Shown here piece by piece: positions 9,381 through 19,162 of a stretch of DNA of 46,170 nt. Numbering within the stretch: position 1 is the stretch's first letter; each line of letters opens with the position of its first letter. Made by a program: the position numbers and the translations under genes. The notes under the pieces were generated by a model, which worked only from the letters and a program-made list of their open reading frames with translations, was not told the origin of the DNA and did no database searches. Origin of the DNA: an uncultured bacterium. GTDB lineage: Bacteria > Planctomycetota > UBA1135 > UBA2386. Location of the stretch: the NCBI GenBank assembly GCA_963974725.1, contig CAXBFC010000003.1, positions 1-46,170 of the forward strand, in the 5' to 3' direction.

Positions 9381-10940
9381 CTACTGCCTTCGCGTGAAGT
9401 CCAACTGCACAGAGAAGTGCAAGGCGCTGAGATTACTCAGCGGAACCGTGCATACCGACATCGTGTAGAAGTTTCGCCCCGCGGCAGTCGGATCTTGATT
9501 GCGAGCACACGTCACGGGCGTCGTGAAATCGTAGACATGATCGTTCGCTCCCCTTGTCGGCAGGACCTTCCAGGAGTCGACACCATCGCAGCGAATCCAC
9601 AGGAACATCAGCGACGGCTCCGCCATTGCCTGTCCCCAACCTGAAACGGTCCCGTGCAAGTCGAAGGAATCGAATTGGTTGGGGTTGAGAATGGGCACGG
9701 GAACGCCGAGCTTCTCCGTCGCGAACAAGCTGAGATTGGAGCGCGCCACAGTGATGTTGTCGTTGCGAGGAACACCGTAGTTCTGCGATTCAATGAGGCT
9801 CTCCGGGTCGTGGGCGCAAGCGCTCTTGACGTTGCCGGTCAGCGTTCCAGCTGGCCCAAGCAACGGTTTGCCCTGCTCATTATGTAGTGGCCGCCTCCGC
9901 CCGCCCATTGGCGTCGTAGCTCCCCCTCCCGTGCCGGGATTCTGGGTTGGCTCGGCAACTACGAAGAGCTGGTCATCGGGACCACCTGCGGCTAGCGAAA
10001 GCACATAGAACAAGGAGCCGGGCACCAATGGATGCAGTGTCGACTCTGCCGGAAACACCGGCGACACGGGCGCAAACCCCATCGCCAAGGCATCAATGTC
10101 GGCCCCTTCTGGCAGCCCCAAAGAACCGCCAGTGGCTTGAACTTCTATGTCGACGATCAAGCCACTCTGCGGGTCATAGTTCGCCACAAGGATCGTTGCA
10201 CCGTCCAATGCATCTGATGCCGCGACAGCACCGGTTGCGTGCAGTGCTTGCGCACTGGCTGGCGTCAACGTGAAGTACAGTTCGTTGACACGGTCAACGA
10301 TACCGGCCTGGATACGGCCACCGCTGGCCTCAATAAGCCCCATCGCGGCGTCCATGGCCTCAATCGAAGCCAACCCAGTCGGCGCTAGGAGCTGACCGTC
10401 GCGATAGTCGCCAATGACGTGCTCAAAGTAGACCGCAGTGCGCAACTGCGATGGAAAGCCGGGGTTGTCGAAGTAGTAGCCGACGACATCAGCACCTCCC
10501 ACTTGCGTCGAGCCTACAAGTGACAGGTTCAACATCGCCCAAGCCGTTCCAGCTGCTTGCCAGATCCGGAAGATTCCGCCTCCCCCAGCGCTCGAATCGA
10601 ACACCAACGTCAGATTGTCGTTGCTGGTCGAAATGCCATCGATCAGAGCCGTCCAATTGACGCCTTTTTCCGCGAACACCCACGCGCTCAGCGCTGCAGC
10701 CGTGAAGTCGCGCACGTTGCCGGAAGCAACCCCAGGATATTGATCAATGACCGCCCGGCGCCCCGCACCCTTGAGTGCGATGTCCCCTGGTGAAGAGGAG
10801 AACACCATTCCCACCTGCATGGTTGGCAGCACCCCACGAGTAGGAAGTGGCACGAGCGGCAAAGCCGGATTCTGAGCCAGCAGTGAACCCAATAGGCTAA
10901 TGGATAGTGTGGACTTGGCGAGTGTGAGAAGGTTGCTCAT
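9381..10940 (-). CDS. uncharacterised secreted protein, third gene of ECF-kinase module 1; paralog of 29837-31282
   Basis: Signal MSNLLTLAKSTLSISLLGSLLA|Q; 24 bp downstream of the kinase; shares ordered motifs with 29837-31282. Confidence 0.8.
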   Translation of the reverse strand: MSNLLTLAKSTLSISLLGSLLAQNPALPLVPLPTRGVLPTMQVGMVFSSSPGDIALKGAGRRAVIDQYPGVASGNVRDFTAAALSAWVFAEKGVNWTALIDGISTSNDNLTLVFDSSAGGGGIFRIWQAAGTAWAMLNLSLVGSTQVGGADVVGYYFDNPGFPSQLRTAVYFEHVIGDYRDGQLLAPTGLASIEAMDAAMGLIEASGGRIQAGIVDRVNELYFTLTPASAQALHATGAVAASDALDGATILVANYDPQSGLIVDIEVQATGGSLGLPEGADIDALAMGFAPVSPVFPAESTLHPLVPGSLFYVLSLAAGGPDDQLFVVAEPTQNPGTGGGATTPMGGRRRPLHNEQGKPLLGPAGTLTGNVKSACAHDPESLIESQNYGVPRNDNITVARSNLSLFATEKLGVPVPILNPNQFDSFDLHGTVSGWGQAMAEPSLMFLWIRCDGVDSWKVLPTRGANDHVYDFTTPVTCARNQDPTAAGRNFYTMSVCTVPLSNLSALHFSVQLDFTRRQ

Positions 10941-10964
10941 GGCATCAACGACAGCAAGGAAAGC

Positions 10965-13511
10965 TCAGCGATCGCGCCCATCGAGCGCAGCAGACTGAGA
11001 ACGGAACAACAGTGACAACGCGGCTACCTCTGCGGTAGTGAACGTTGCCGGCAAGAGATACGAAACCTGCTCGAGCGTGGCCGCATCGAGCGGCTGGGCA
11101 GCTGCTAATTGGAAGAGCACTGCGTAGGAAACATCGTCACCGAGCAAGCAGCTGCAAATCACTTCTTCAAGTGAATGGAGGGCTCCGACCAGACGGTTTG
11201 CTTCGACAAAGTGCTCACGCGCACTTCGGAACAGTTCGTCAGACGGCGCTGCCTCCAGTCGCTCTTCCTGCGGGGCCTGAGCAGCAGACTCGTCGTGACG
11301 CAGCGCCCAGGCCTTCTCATAGAGCAACAACCCATTCTGGAGCTCTCGCCAGTACGCACCACGACCACTAACCTGCCACGGAGTATTGGCAAGCGCGGCC
11401 TCGGCGCGCGCAAACTGACCAAGCGACACCAAGACATCGTTGCGCAGTCGATGCGAACGCAGCGAAGAGGGCTGCCGTTGGATGGCTTCATCTAGGCACT
11501 GCAATGCTTGCTCGCGTCGCCCGGAACGCCACGCGGCTGCACCACTAGCCAGCCAAAACAGATAGTCATCGGCATTGGCCTGCAGACCAAGCGCCGCAGC
11601 CTCAGTGGCTTCCGCGAAACGGCCCAAGCGCAACAGGGCGTTCGCCCGCACATGGAGCAGGAAGCCCGATGCACTTCCGCGCCGCCCGTTGATGCGAGCC
11701 ACCTCGCCGAGCACGGCTTGGAACTCGCGCACCTGGTCATCGCCGGGCAACACGAATGCTTCGTGGAATCGCCGCACGACCCGCAAGTCGGCAAAACCTC
11801 GCTCACCGACGGCACCAGAGCCATCCAACATGGGAGCGATCCAAGTGGGTGCGGCGTCCGCGAGACGCATGGCATAGATACACGCCAGGAAACAATCGTC
11901 GGGACCACCAACGCGCGGAGCTTCGTCCGTCAGGATGCCGTCGAGTTCACGATGACCCTCACGATGGCGGGCAGCCGCCGCCGCGGCGAACGGAGCGTTG
12001 CCCCGATCCGCGATGTACTGGATGTCGGCAGCCGCGCCAAGCAAGTCGCCACCATCGAGGCGATGCATCGCGCGCAACGCGCGCGACACACCAGGTGCTA
12101 CGCCCAACTGCACCATGCGATCGAGATGCTCGCGTTGTATCGAACTCTGGCAGATCGCATTGCCAGAACGAGTTGCCGGCAGATCATTGATGAGCGATGG
12201 ACCAATCCGGTCCAAGGCAGCAAGCCAGTCCTGATTGGCGACCACTTGTGCGTCTACCGACCATTGCCACCAGAATACCGCCGCCAGGGTACAGACCAAC
12301 ACCACTGCGCCGGCGCGCACGCCGGGGTTGCGAGCCGCACGGCGTGTCGCGCGCAGCCACATGGGCCTTCGCCGCGCACGAACGGGCAGATAATCCAGCC
12401 ACGCGGCGAGATCTTCGCGCAGCAAGGCGATCGATTGGTAGCGAACGGTGCGATCACGCGCCATGCCCTTTTCAACAATGGCGACAAGGTCCGCTGGCAA
12501 CGCGGGACGCAATCGATCCAGCGGTATAGGCTCGGCGCGCGACACGCCTTGCAGCACGTTCGCAATCGAGCCTACAAACGGCGGACGACCACTGATCAAG
12601 TGGTAGAGCGTCGCGGCAAGACCATAGACATCGGCGCGCGCATCCAGCGCAACGTCCGTCAACTGCTCGGGCGCCATGTAGGCCGGCGTCCCCACAGGCG
12701 ATCCAGCACCACCAAGCGTCGCAGTCGCGCTGCTGGAGCCGATCCCGAAGTCCAGCACCACCACGCGGCCACTGCGTTCGAGGAACAGATTGGATGGCTT
12801 TACATCGCGGTGTACGACTCCGGCCTCGTGCGCCGCCTGCAGACCATCGCACGCGTCGACCATCCAGTGAACGATCTGCCTGAGGTCGCTGCGTGGCGAT
12901 CGCGTCGGCACCCCCAACTGCTTCAAGAACTGAGCCAGCTGTGCAGCCCGTTGAGCACTACTAGCAGGCATGGGCGACCCTGACACCTCTTGGTCAGGAT
13001 ATAGATACGACGCGAGACTGAGGCCATCGAGCAGCTCCATGACCACGAAGACCCGTCCGTCATTGGTCTCGCCGCGATCAAAAACTGTCACCACATTCCT
13101 GGAGCGAATGTCCGCCAGGACTTCCGCCTCGCGCGACAGTCGCTTGGCCATACGCTCGCCAGCGGGCAGCTCTGGACGCAGCAGTTTGACCGCCACGTCA
13201 CGTCCCAGGTCTTGATCGGTCGCACGGTAGACCACTCCCATGGCGCCAGATCCGATCCACTGCTCGATGAGGAAGCGGCCAGCAAGCACGGTCCCAATCG
13301 CTGGATCGGGCGCATGTGCTCCTTGGAACATTCCTGGCAAGCGCTCGATCTGTTGCAGAGCCTGCTGCAACGCTGTCAACATGCCGGAGTCCGATCCGCA
13401 CAAGTCGAGTAAGTCGATGGTCGCCCCTGCAGCACGCGCCGACAGCACCTGCTCGACCAACTGCGCCAACACATCTGGACTGACCGACGGGTCTTCTGGA
13501 AGTTCGCTCAC
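10965..13511 (-). CDS. Hanks-type Ser/Thr protein kinase with TM helix and C-terminal TPR region
   Basis: GSGAMGVV, VAVK, HRDVKPSN, DFG, GTPAYMAPEQ, DVYGLA; TM AGAVVLVCTLAAVFWWQW; TPR-like helices. GTG start overlaps the ECF stop (GTGA, 13508-13511). Confidence 0.95.
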   Translation of the reverse strand: MSELPEDPSVSPDVLAQLVEQVLSARAAGATIDLLDLCGSDSGMLTALQQALQQIERLPGMFQGAHAPDPAIGTVLAGRFLIEQWIGSGAMGVVYRATDQDLGRDVAVKLLRPELPAGERMAKRLSREAEVLADIRSRNVVTVFDRGETNDGRVFVVMELLDGLSLASYLYPDQEVSGSPMPASSAQRAAQLAQFLKQLGVPTRSPRSDLRQIVHWMVDACDGLQAAHEAGVVHRDVKPSNLFLERSGRVVVLDFGIGSSSATATLGGAGSPVGTPAYMAPEQLTDVALDARADVYGLAATLYHLISGRPPFVGSIANVLQGVSRAEPIPLDRLRPALPADLVAIVEKGMARDRTVRYQSIALLREDLAAWLDYLPVRARRRPMWLRATRRAARNPGVRAGAVVLVCTLAAVFWWQWSVDAQVVANQDWLAALDRIGPSLINDLPATRSGNAICQSSIQREHLDRMVQLGVAPGVSRALRAMHRLDGGDLLGAAADIQYIADRGNAPFAAAAAARHREGHRELDGILTDEAPRVGGPDDCFLACIYAMRLADAAPTWIAPMLDGSGAVGERGFADLRVVRRFHEAFVLPGDDQVREFQAVLGEVARINGRRGSASGFLLHVRANALLRLGRFAEATEAAALGLQANADDYLFWLASGAAAWRSGRREQALQCLDEAIQRQPSSLRSHRLRNDVLVSLGQFARAEAALANTPWQVSGRGAYWRELQNGLLLYEKAWALRHDESAAQAPQEERLEAAPSDELFRSAREHFVEANRLVGALHSLEEVICSCLLGDDVSYAVLFQLAAAQPLDAATLEQVSYLLPATFTTAEVAALSLLFRSQSAALDGRDR

Positions 13512-14152
13512 TGACCCCGTCCCACCTGCATGCGCGTCACCAACCGCGCCTGCAGGGTATGAAACGCCTTGCGGGCACTGTCAGCAGACGCATACCCAAA
13601 GGTCTTGGCGAGCGAGTCGAACCGCACGCGGTCCTCCAAGCGAGCTTGCAGAATCGCGCGCTCCCGTTCTTCGAACTCAGCCAGCGCACGATGGAATTGT
13701 GCCATCTCCTCTGCGTGAACAGCCTCCGCAGCGGGTGATCGTTGCGGTCTCGAACAGTCGCCAACGTCCCGGGCGATCAAGCGAGCGTCGCGACGCGAGG
13801 CCTGGTGATGGCGGACCGTGTCGATCAAGCGATTGCGAACCAGCCGACCAAGATAGGCGATCGTCGCGCGATCGGATCGACCACGAAGCTGGCCGTGGTC
13901 GCGCACAACCCCCAAAAACACGTCGTGAACCACGTCGCCGGTGCTCAACAACGCTCCCAGCCAAGCCCTTTGCCGGCGGATGTCGCGCGCCAGCATGCGA
14001 TGCACCCGTTGCTGCACCAGCGGATAGAATTGCTCACAGAGCTGCTGCAAGTCCACCGCATTGGTAGTTTGCTCAGGCATTGAGAGAGAAGATGGCATCT
14101 CAGGGTCACGAGACCCCGGCTCGTCGGGGGAGGGGTCAACGGTGTCGTTCAT
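13508..14152 (-). CDS. ECF sigma-70 factor, kinase-associated type
   Basis: Region 2: STGDVVHDVF...YLGRLVRNRLIDTVRHHQASRRD. Region 4: ALAEFEERERAILQARLEDRVRFDSLAKTFGYASADSARK. Start at ATG 14152 or slightly later; the track's 14455 extension looks non-coding. Confidence 0.88.
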   Translation of the reverse strand: MNDTVDPSPDEPGSRDPEMPSSLSMPEQTTNAVDLQQLCEQFYPLVQQRVHRMLARDIRRQRAWLGALLSTGDVVHDVFLGVVRDHGQLRGRSDRATIAYLGRLVRNRLIDTVRHHQASRRDARLIARDVGDCSRPQRSPAAEAVHAEEMAQFHRALAEFEERERAILQARLEDRVRFDSLAKTFGYASADSARKAFHTLQARLVTRMQVGRGQ

Positions 14153-14362
14153 GGGCGTAGGCGGCCGAAAAACCGGAGTCGGAAAGTGGAGAATAGCCGC
14201 AGAAACGTGCGACGCACGTCGCTGAGTCCTCGAACGACAAAACCTCCGCATGAGCGCGCTGGATTGCGGTCTAGCAACGCACGCCGCGGCAACTCCGAAG
14301 CGAGACTCCGAACCGAATGCGTGGCGTGCGATTCGTTCGTGCCGCAACAAGCGAGCTAGATA

Positions 14363-14439
14363 CGACTCGCCGCTAACTACAAGTCCGAACCAATCGCGCG
14401 TGAGGAGCGAATCTCGACGGGGGGAGATGCTCTGAGTGC
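14363..14439. repeat. 77-bp dispersed direct repeat, copy 2 (intergenic)
   Basis: cgactcgccgctaactacaagtccgaaccaatcgcgcgtgaggagcgaatctcgacggggggagatgctctgagtgc; 69/77 identical to 5418-5494. Confidence 0.9.
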
Positions 14440-14557
14440 CACACCGCGCCCCCACCGCGCCTCACGAATCGTCGCAGCCCGACCCCATCAAATGCCCTGA
14501 CTGAGTACGAACTCCTGTGCATTGCCGACGAACCGCCGGACCACGAGATTTGAATGC

Positions 14558-16162
14558 ATGAACCGGCCAAGGACAGAATTGGCATCGCTCGGCATCGCGG
14601 CGATGATCCTGGTAACGACGATGACGTTGGGCTGCAAGAAGAGCGGCGGCGGCAACCCGCCGGCGGCTGCGAACCCGACTGTCGCCGCCACGAGTCCCTC
14701 GAACGCAGCGGCCGACGTCGCCGTCGACGCGACGATATCGTTCACGTTCGGCGCCGCGATGGACGCCTCGACGATCGTGCAGGCGAACCTGGCCATCTCC
14801 CCGCCACTCGCCGGCGCGCTGACCTACGACACGTCGTCGAACACGGCGACGTTTTTCTCGGCCGCCCCGATGACGGCGCTGACGACCTACACGGTCACTG
14901 TGTCGAGCGCCTGCATGGACTTAGCCGGCAACTCGATGGCCACCGACTTCACCTGGTCGTTCACGACAGCGATGGCCTTGGCCACGGACTGGGTGCGCGT
15001 CGGCGACCAGATCGGCGCGAACGGCGTCGAGGCCGAGGATCCGACGATGCTGTTCGTGGCCGGAGACCCGCTGGTCGGCTACCGCCTCGCGAGCTTCGAG
15101 GTCGCCCTGAACAAGTGGGATGGCTCGACCTGGGGCGCGTCGGCGGCGGATCCGTCGGCGGGCAACATGGAGTTCACGTCGTACCACGCGCCTTCGTTCT
15201 GCAGCGACGGAAACACGATCTACCTTGCGTTCGGCCTCGCCGGGGTCTCCGGCGGCAGCACCGCCGAATTCTACGACCGCGTGTTCTGCTTTGCGTGGAC
15301 CCCGACCGGCGGCTGGAGCCCGATGAACTCGGGCGCCGAGGTCAGCGTGGCGACGTTCGCGCCGCCCGGGGAAGACGCGTTCGAGCCGGCGATCGCATGT
15401 GACGTCGGCGGCGCCCCGTGGGTCGCCTGGTTGGAGGACGACCTGCTGGACGGGCAGGGCCCGGTGCTGGATGTCGGTTTCACGCAGGTGACGCCGACGA
15501 CGACGGTCTCGCGAGCCGCGCCGCTAAGCCGCAACGAGACCCTGGCCGCATACGAGACATTCGTGCGCAGCGCCGAGGTGTGTGTCGCCGGCAACGACCG
15601 CTTCGTCGCCCAGTGGGAGCACGATGCCTCCGATCAGGCTCGCACCGACCTCTACGTCAACCGCTACGACGGATCGAATTGGAACGACGTCGGCGGCATC
15701 CTCGACTCCGACTTCGACGCGAACGGGCTGAGCAAACCGGCGCTGGCGATGTTCGGTGGCGAGCTGCACGTCGCCTACACGACGACACCGAGCGGCGGCA
15801 CGACCCGCCACGTCTACGTAATGAAGCGCTCCGGCGGCGTCTGGACCAACGTCGGTGGCGGCCCGGTCTCCGCCTTGGCCGCAAACCACTACGACTCGGC
15901 CAACCCGGACCTGCTGGTCGCCAACGGCAGCCTGTATGTCGCCTGGGAAGAGTCGGACCTGTTCGCAGGCCCGTTCGTATTCGTCGCCCGTCTCGACACC
16001 GCCGGCACGGCGTGGGTGGTCGACGGAGACAAGCTCAACGTCGACGCGGCGCGGCAGGCGGGAGACCCGAGCCTCGGAACGTCCGGCAACTTCCTCTACG
16101 TCGCGTTCGAGGAGCTGACGGACGGCTTCACCCACATCTTCGTCAAGCGCCGACAATTCTGA
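14558..16162 (+). CDS. lipoprotein with SbsA/Big_5-type Ig-like domain and a probable beta-propeller
   Basis: Lipobox TLG|C. PTVAATSPSNAAADVAVDATISFTFGAAMDASTI...DLAGNSMATDFTWSFTT is Big_5-like; repeated P-x-L...YVAW-E blades follow. Confidence 0.85.
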   Translation: MNRPRTELASLGIAAMILVTTMTLGCKKSGGGNPPAAANPTVAATSPSNAAADVAVDATISFTFGAAMDASTIVQANLAISPPLAGALTYDTSSNTATFFSAAPMTALTTYTVTVSSACMDLAGNSMATDFTWSFTTAMALATDWVRVGDQIGANGVEAEDPTMLFVAGDPLVGYRLASFEVALNKWDGSTWGASAADPSAGNMEFTSYHAPSFCSDGNTIYLAFGLAGVSGGSTAEFYDRVFCFAWTPTGGWSPMNSGAEVSVATFAPPGEDAFEPAIACDVGGAPWVAWLEDDLLDGQGPVLDVGFTQVTPTTTVSRAAPLSRNETLAAYETFVRSAEVCVAGNDRFVAQWEHDASDQARTDLYVNRYDGSNWNDVGGILDSDFDANGLSKPALAMFGGELHVAYTTTPSGGTTRHVYVMKRSGGVWTNVGGGPVSALAANHYDSANPDLLVANGSLYVAWEESDLFAGPFVFVARLDTAGTAWVVDGDKLNVDAARQAGDPSLGTSGNFLYVAFEELTDGFTHIFVKRRQF

Positions 16163-16386
16163 GCTCGAGGCGTAAATCCGACGACCGCCAAACACGGCGG
16201 TCCTGCCTTCGGCTACGCGTGGCAGTCTCCGACGGCGCATGCCTGTTCGGTAACTATCTTGAGGTATGCCAGTCGCCAGCCAACTGGCGGCATAGAAACT
16301 GCTCGACATCGCACTGCCACAACGAGCGCGTGGTGATTGGTCGCGAACCCGACATCCGAGGAGCCCGGGGCGCGAGTCTCGCGTCG

Positions 16387-18618
16387 CTACTGCCCGAGGG
16401 TCAGCAGCTGGCGCTCGGACAGCACGATGCCCGGAAACTGCGGGCACGGCACCTGCGACAGGTCGAGCGTCGTCCACTGCGTCTCGAACTGCAGGCTGAC
16501 CAGCGAGACGAGGCACGGGATCGGAAACTCGACCGCGGCGCTGCCGCCGACAATCGGCGGCGTCGACGTGACCTGGAACGGCGTCCACTGGCACGGACCG
16601 CACGGCACCGCGTTCGCGACCGGGCTGAAGTTGAACACCGTGAGCAACGCCGTCGGCGGCAGGCCCGACAGCGTGCAGACCAGGCCGCTGCTGCCGATGC
16701 CGGGCACGTGGGAGAACGACTGCGAGCCAGCGTTGCCGCAGGCGCCGCCGAGGTTCGCCAACGAGCCGGTGCCGTAGCTCCGCAGCAGCTGGCAGTAGAT
16801 GCTGAGGCCCGTGCGCCAAGTCGCGAGCGCGTGCTCGCGGTCAGTTGCGCCGCCCGACGTCGTCGTCGAGATCGCGACCTGGCTGGAGCCAGCCGCACCG
16901 TTGAACACGTCGTTGCAGGTCGTGCATGCCACGCTGTCGAGCGCCTCGATGCGAAGGCTGGTAGAGATGCCTGTCAACCGATACCCGAGCCAGGTTCGTC
17001 CCGGTGTGTAGCCGAGTGCCGGTTGACGCGCACCGCCGATCGGCGTTACCACCGTGCCCAGCAGCAGGCCGGGTCCCATCGGGTCGGCCCGCACAGAGCG
17101 TGTCGGTATCAGATTCGCTGCGGGGTCTTCCCACGCGATGACCCACCGGCCGCCGTAGCCGTCTACTGTGACTCCGTCAATGACGCCCGTTGTCGTATGC
17201 ACACTAGCGATCGGACCGGGCGCGCTGCCGTCGCTCGACACGGTGCGAGCGCGTACCTGATTGACCGGGCCGAGCCCGGACCAGTAGCGGGCGACGACTA
17301 GCAGGTCGCCGGCGTCGCTGCCGGCGCGCGAGATGGCGGGCTCGTGATACGAGTATGGCACCGTGAAGCCGCCGTCGGCGAACACTGTGAACGGCAGCGG
17401 GCTCAACAGCACGTCGTTGGCGGCGAAGTAGACGCGGCGACCGCTGATCCGGTCGAGGTTGTCGTCCTCCCAGACGGCAACGAAACCGCGGCTCGAGCCG
17501 TTGGGGGCGTTCACGTCGCAGCCGATGTCCACGATGCTGAAGTCGTTCGTCGACGAAACCGCAAGCTGGGACGTATGGCTGACCGTCGATCCGGTCACTG
17601 CCGCGAACTGCACCGTGAACGTGTTGCCGACTACCTGTCGGAACGCGATGCCGAAGCGGTCGCGTCCGTCGAGGTTGGCGACGCAGACGCTGGATTGCAG
17701 GCCGCTGTTCGCGACGGTGATGTAGTTGCCGACGAGCTGGCTAGTCGTGTCGACGCGCTGCGCTCGTATTTCGTAATTGGACGCGGAGAACACGGCCAGG
17801 TACACGATCAGGAACCGGTCCGTCGTCGCGTCATATGCGACATCCGTTTCGCCGATTGGGGTCACGGTGGTCCCAGCGGTCACGATTGGGCCGATCGCCG
17901 GATCGAGCACGAGCGGATAGGTCGCCTCGTCGACGAAGCGGGCCGGCAGCACCAACTCGAGCACGCCTGGCTGCCAGCGTACGTCACCCATGGCGGTCGC
18001 GCCGTCCGCGGCGACGCCGGTGACGCCGCCGATGCGCACACCGCCGACGCCCGGAATCACGAATGCCAGCCCGCCGTCGGCGTCGACCTCGGGGTCAGGC
18101 AGGTTCGTGTCGAGCGCGTAGCGCACGACCAAGTCACTGTCGCCGGCCGGGCGTTCGTCGAAGACCCATGACAACGCGACGTGCTCGGGCGTCACCTCGT
18201 AGCGCTCGACGAGGCCGGGTGCGTGCTGGTAGCGCGCGGTCGTGCCGCTCCTTGCCGGCGCCGCCGACGCCGGCAAGCTAGCCGCGACGAGTCCGCCGCG
18301 GACGACAGCGGTTGGCCGCAGCGTGACGTAATGTTCGTTGGCTACCGCAGCACCGAGCGCCGGCTCGAGGGTCATGCCGGTTTTGGCGAAGCGGCAGCGG
18401 AAGTTCTGGCCGCCCCCACCGAGCCCGTCATCGAACGACTCGAGGGCGGCGCTGCGGGTCACGTCGGTAGGCCCGGTCGGCATCGCGATGCGCTGTCCCG
18501 GCTGGGACAGCCCGACCGAGCCGGGAGTCGCGCCTTCTTGGGCCGGTGCCGACAGGGCCAAGACGAACGAAGTGAGCACGGCAAAGGCCAGACACCGCAC
18601 GGTTGCGAGGTGGTTCAT
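16387..18618 (-). CDS. large secreted protein with shared C-terminal domain
   Basis: Signal MNHLATVRCLAFAVLTSFVLALSAPA|Q; beta-rich N-domain ending ATYPLVLDP; propeller-like repeats (VAYDATTDRFLIVY, FVAVWED, WVIAWED); C-term NLGGACG...FPIP...FETQW...VLSERQLLTLGQ. Confidence 0.8.
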   Translation of the reverse strand: MNHLATVRCLAFAVLTSFVLALSAPAQEGATPGSVGLSQPGQRIAMPTGPTDVTRSAALESFDDGLGGGGQNFRCRFAKTGMTLEPALGAAVANEHYVTLRPTAVVRGGLVAASLPASAAPARSGTTARYQHAPGLVERYEVTPEHVALSWVFDERPAGDSDLVVRYALDTNLPDPEVDADGGLAFVIPGVGGVRIGGVTGVAADGATAMGDVRWQPGVLELVLPARFVDEATYPLVLDPAIGPIVTAGTTVTPIGETDVAYDATTDRFLIVYLAVFSASNYEIRAQRVDTTSQLVGNYITVANSGLQSSVCVANLDGRDRFGIAFRQVVGNTFTVQFAAVTGSTVSHTSQLAVSSTNDFSIVDIGCDVNAPNGSSRGFVAVWEDDNLDRISGRRVYFAANDVLLSPLPFTVFADGGFTVPYSYHEPAISRAGSDAGDLLVVARYWSGLGPVNQVRARTVSSDGSAPGPIASVHTTTGVIDGVTVDGYGGRWVIAWEDPAANLIPTRSVRADPMGPGLLLGTVVTPIGGARQPALGYTPGRTWLGYRLTGISTSLRIEALDSVACTTCNDVFNGAAGSSQVAISTTTSGGATDREHALATWRTGLSIYCQLLRSYGTGSLANLGGACGNAGSQSFSHVPGIGSSGLVCTLSGLPPTALLTVFNFSPVANAVPCGPCQWTPFQVTSTPPIVGGSAAVEFPIPCLVSLVSLQFETQWTTLDLSQVPCPQFPGIVLSERQLLTLGQ

Positions 18619-19073
18619 GCCCCTACGGTGTCGTTGGCCCGCGGGATCTGACCGAATCACGCCGAGAATGCCGCGTTCGTCACGCAAGTGGCCGGAGGCC
18701 GGCCGCGGCCGCATCCACGCTGCACACCGGCTACGCGCGTAGGATTCGCTGCGATCGATCTTCGGCAACTGACCGCAGGGCCGCAGCGGACTGACCGACG
18801 AGGGCCTGTTCGCGCTCGGCCAATTGCCGCCCCTCCGCAAGCTGGTCGTGTTCGGTGATGTCACGACGATTCACGGCCAGGCTCCATAAGACCCCATAGA
18901 TGCTGCGCCATCTTGTAATGCTTGCGAGCTACTGCCGCGCACCTCGCGAAGATGTCGTCGTTGCAGGAACCCGAACAGTCCGTCGCACGAGGTGTTTCGA
19001 GTCTCAACCCTATCATTACGCACAACGGCCCCGCCACATGACACGATCGGGGCATCTCGGAGGGGTCACGGGG

Positions 19074-19094
19074 CATGACTAGGTACCAGTCATG
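19074..19094. promoter_or_regulatory. candidate operator (7-7-7 inverted repeat) between divergent genes
   Basis: CATGACT-aggtacc-AGTCATG, ~70 bp upstream of ATG 19163. Confidence 0.3.
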
Positions 19095-19162
19095 GTCTAG
19101 CGTTAGTGCGCCGCGCTACCCCGGGCAGCGCCACACCTCAACTCGTTTCCTTCAGAGCACCC

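Noticed and set aside
11508-12983. 491-aa plus-strand ORF and similar antisense or alternate-frame ORFs (15418-17301, 15524-16819, 29912-30898, 44314-45480)
   Set aside because: Arg/His/Ala-rich shadows of well-supported genes on the other strand or frame.
5418-14439. Integron/attC cassette array or prophage
   Set aside because: Only a half-site resemblance in two copies; no paired R''/R' boxes, no tyrosine or serine integrase, no phage genes.
14153-14455. N-terminal extensions given by the ORF track (here, and at 2107, 7714, 18864, 22652, 26105, 35109, 42854, 43560)
   Set aside because: Downstream ATGs give proper signal peptides, RBSs or domain starts; the extensions are low-complexity or overlap other genes.
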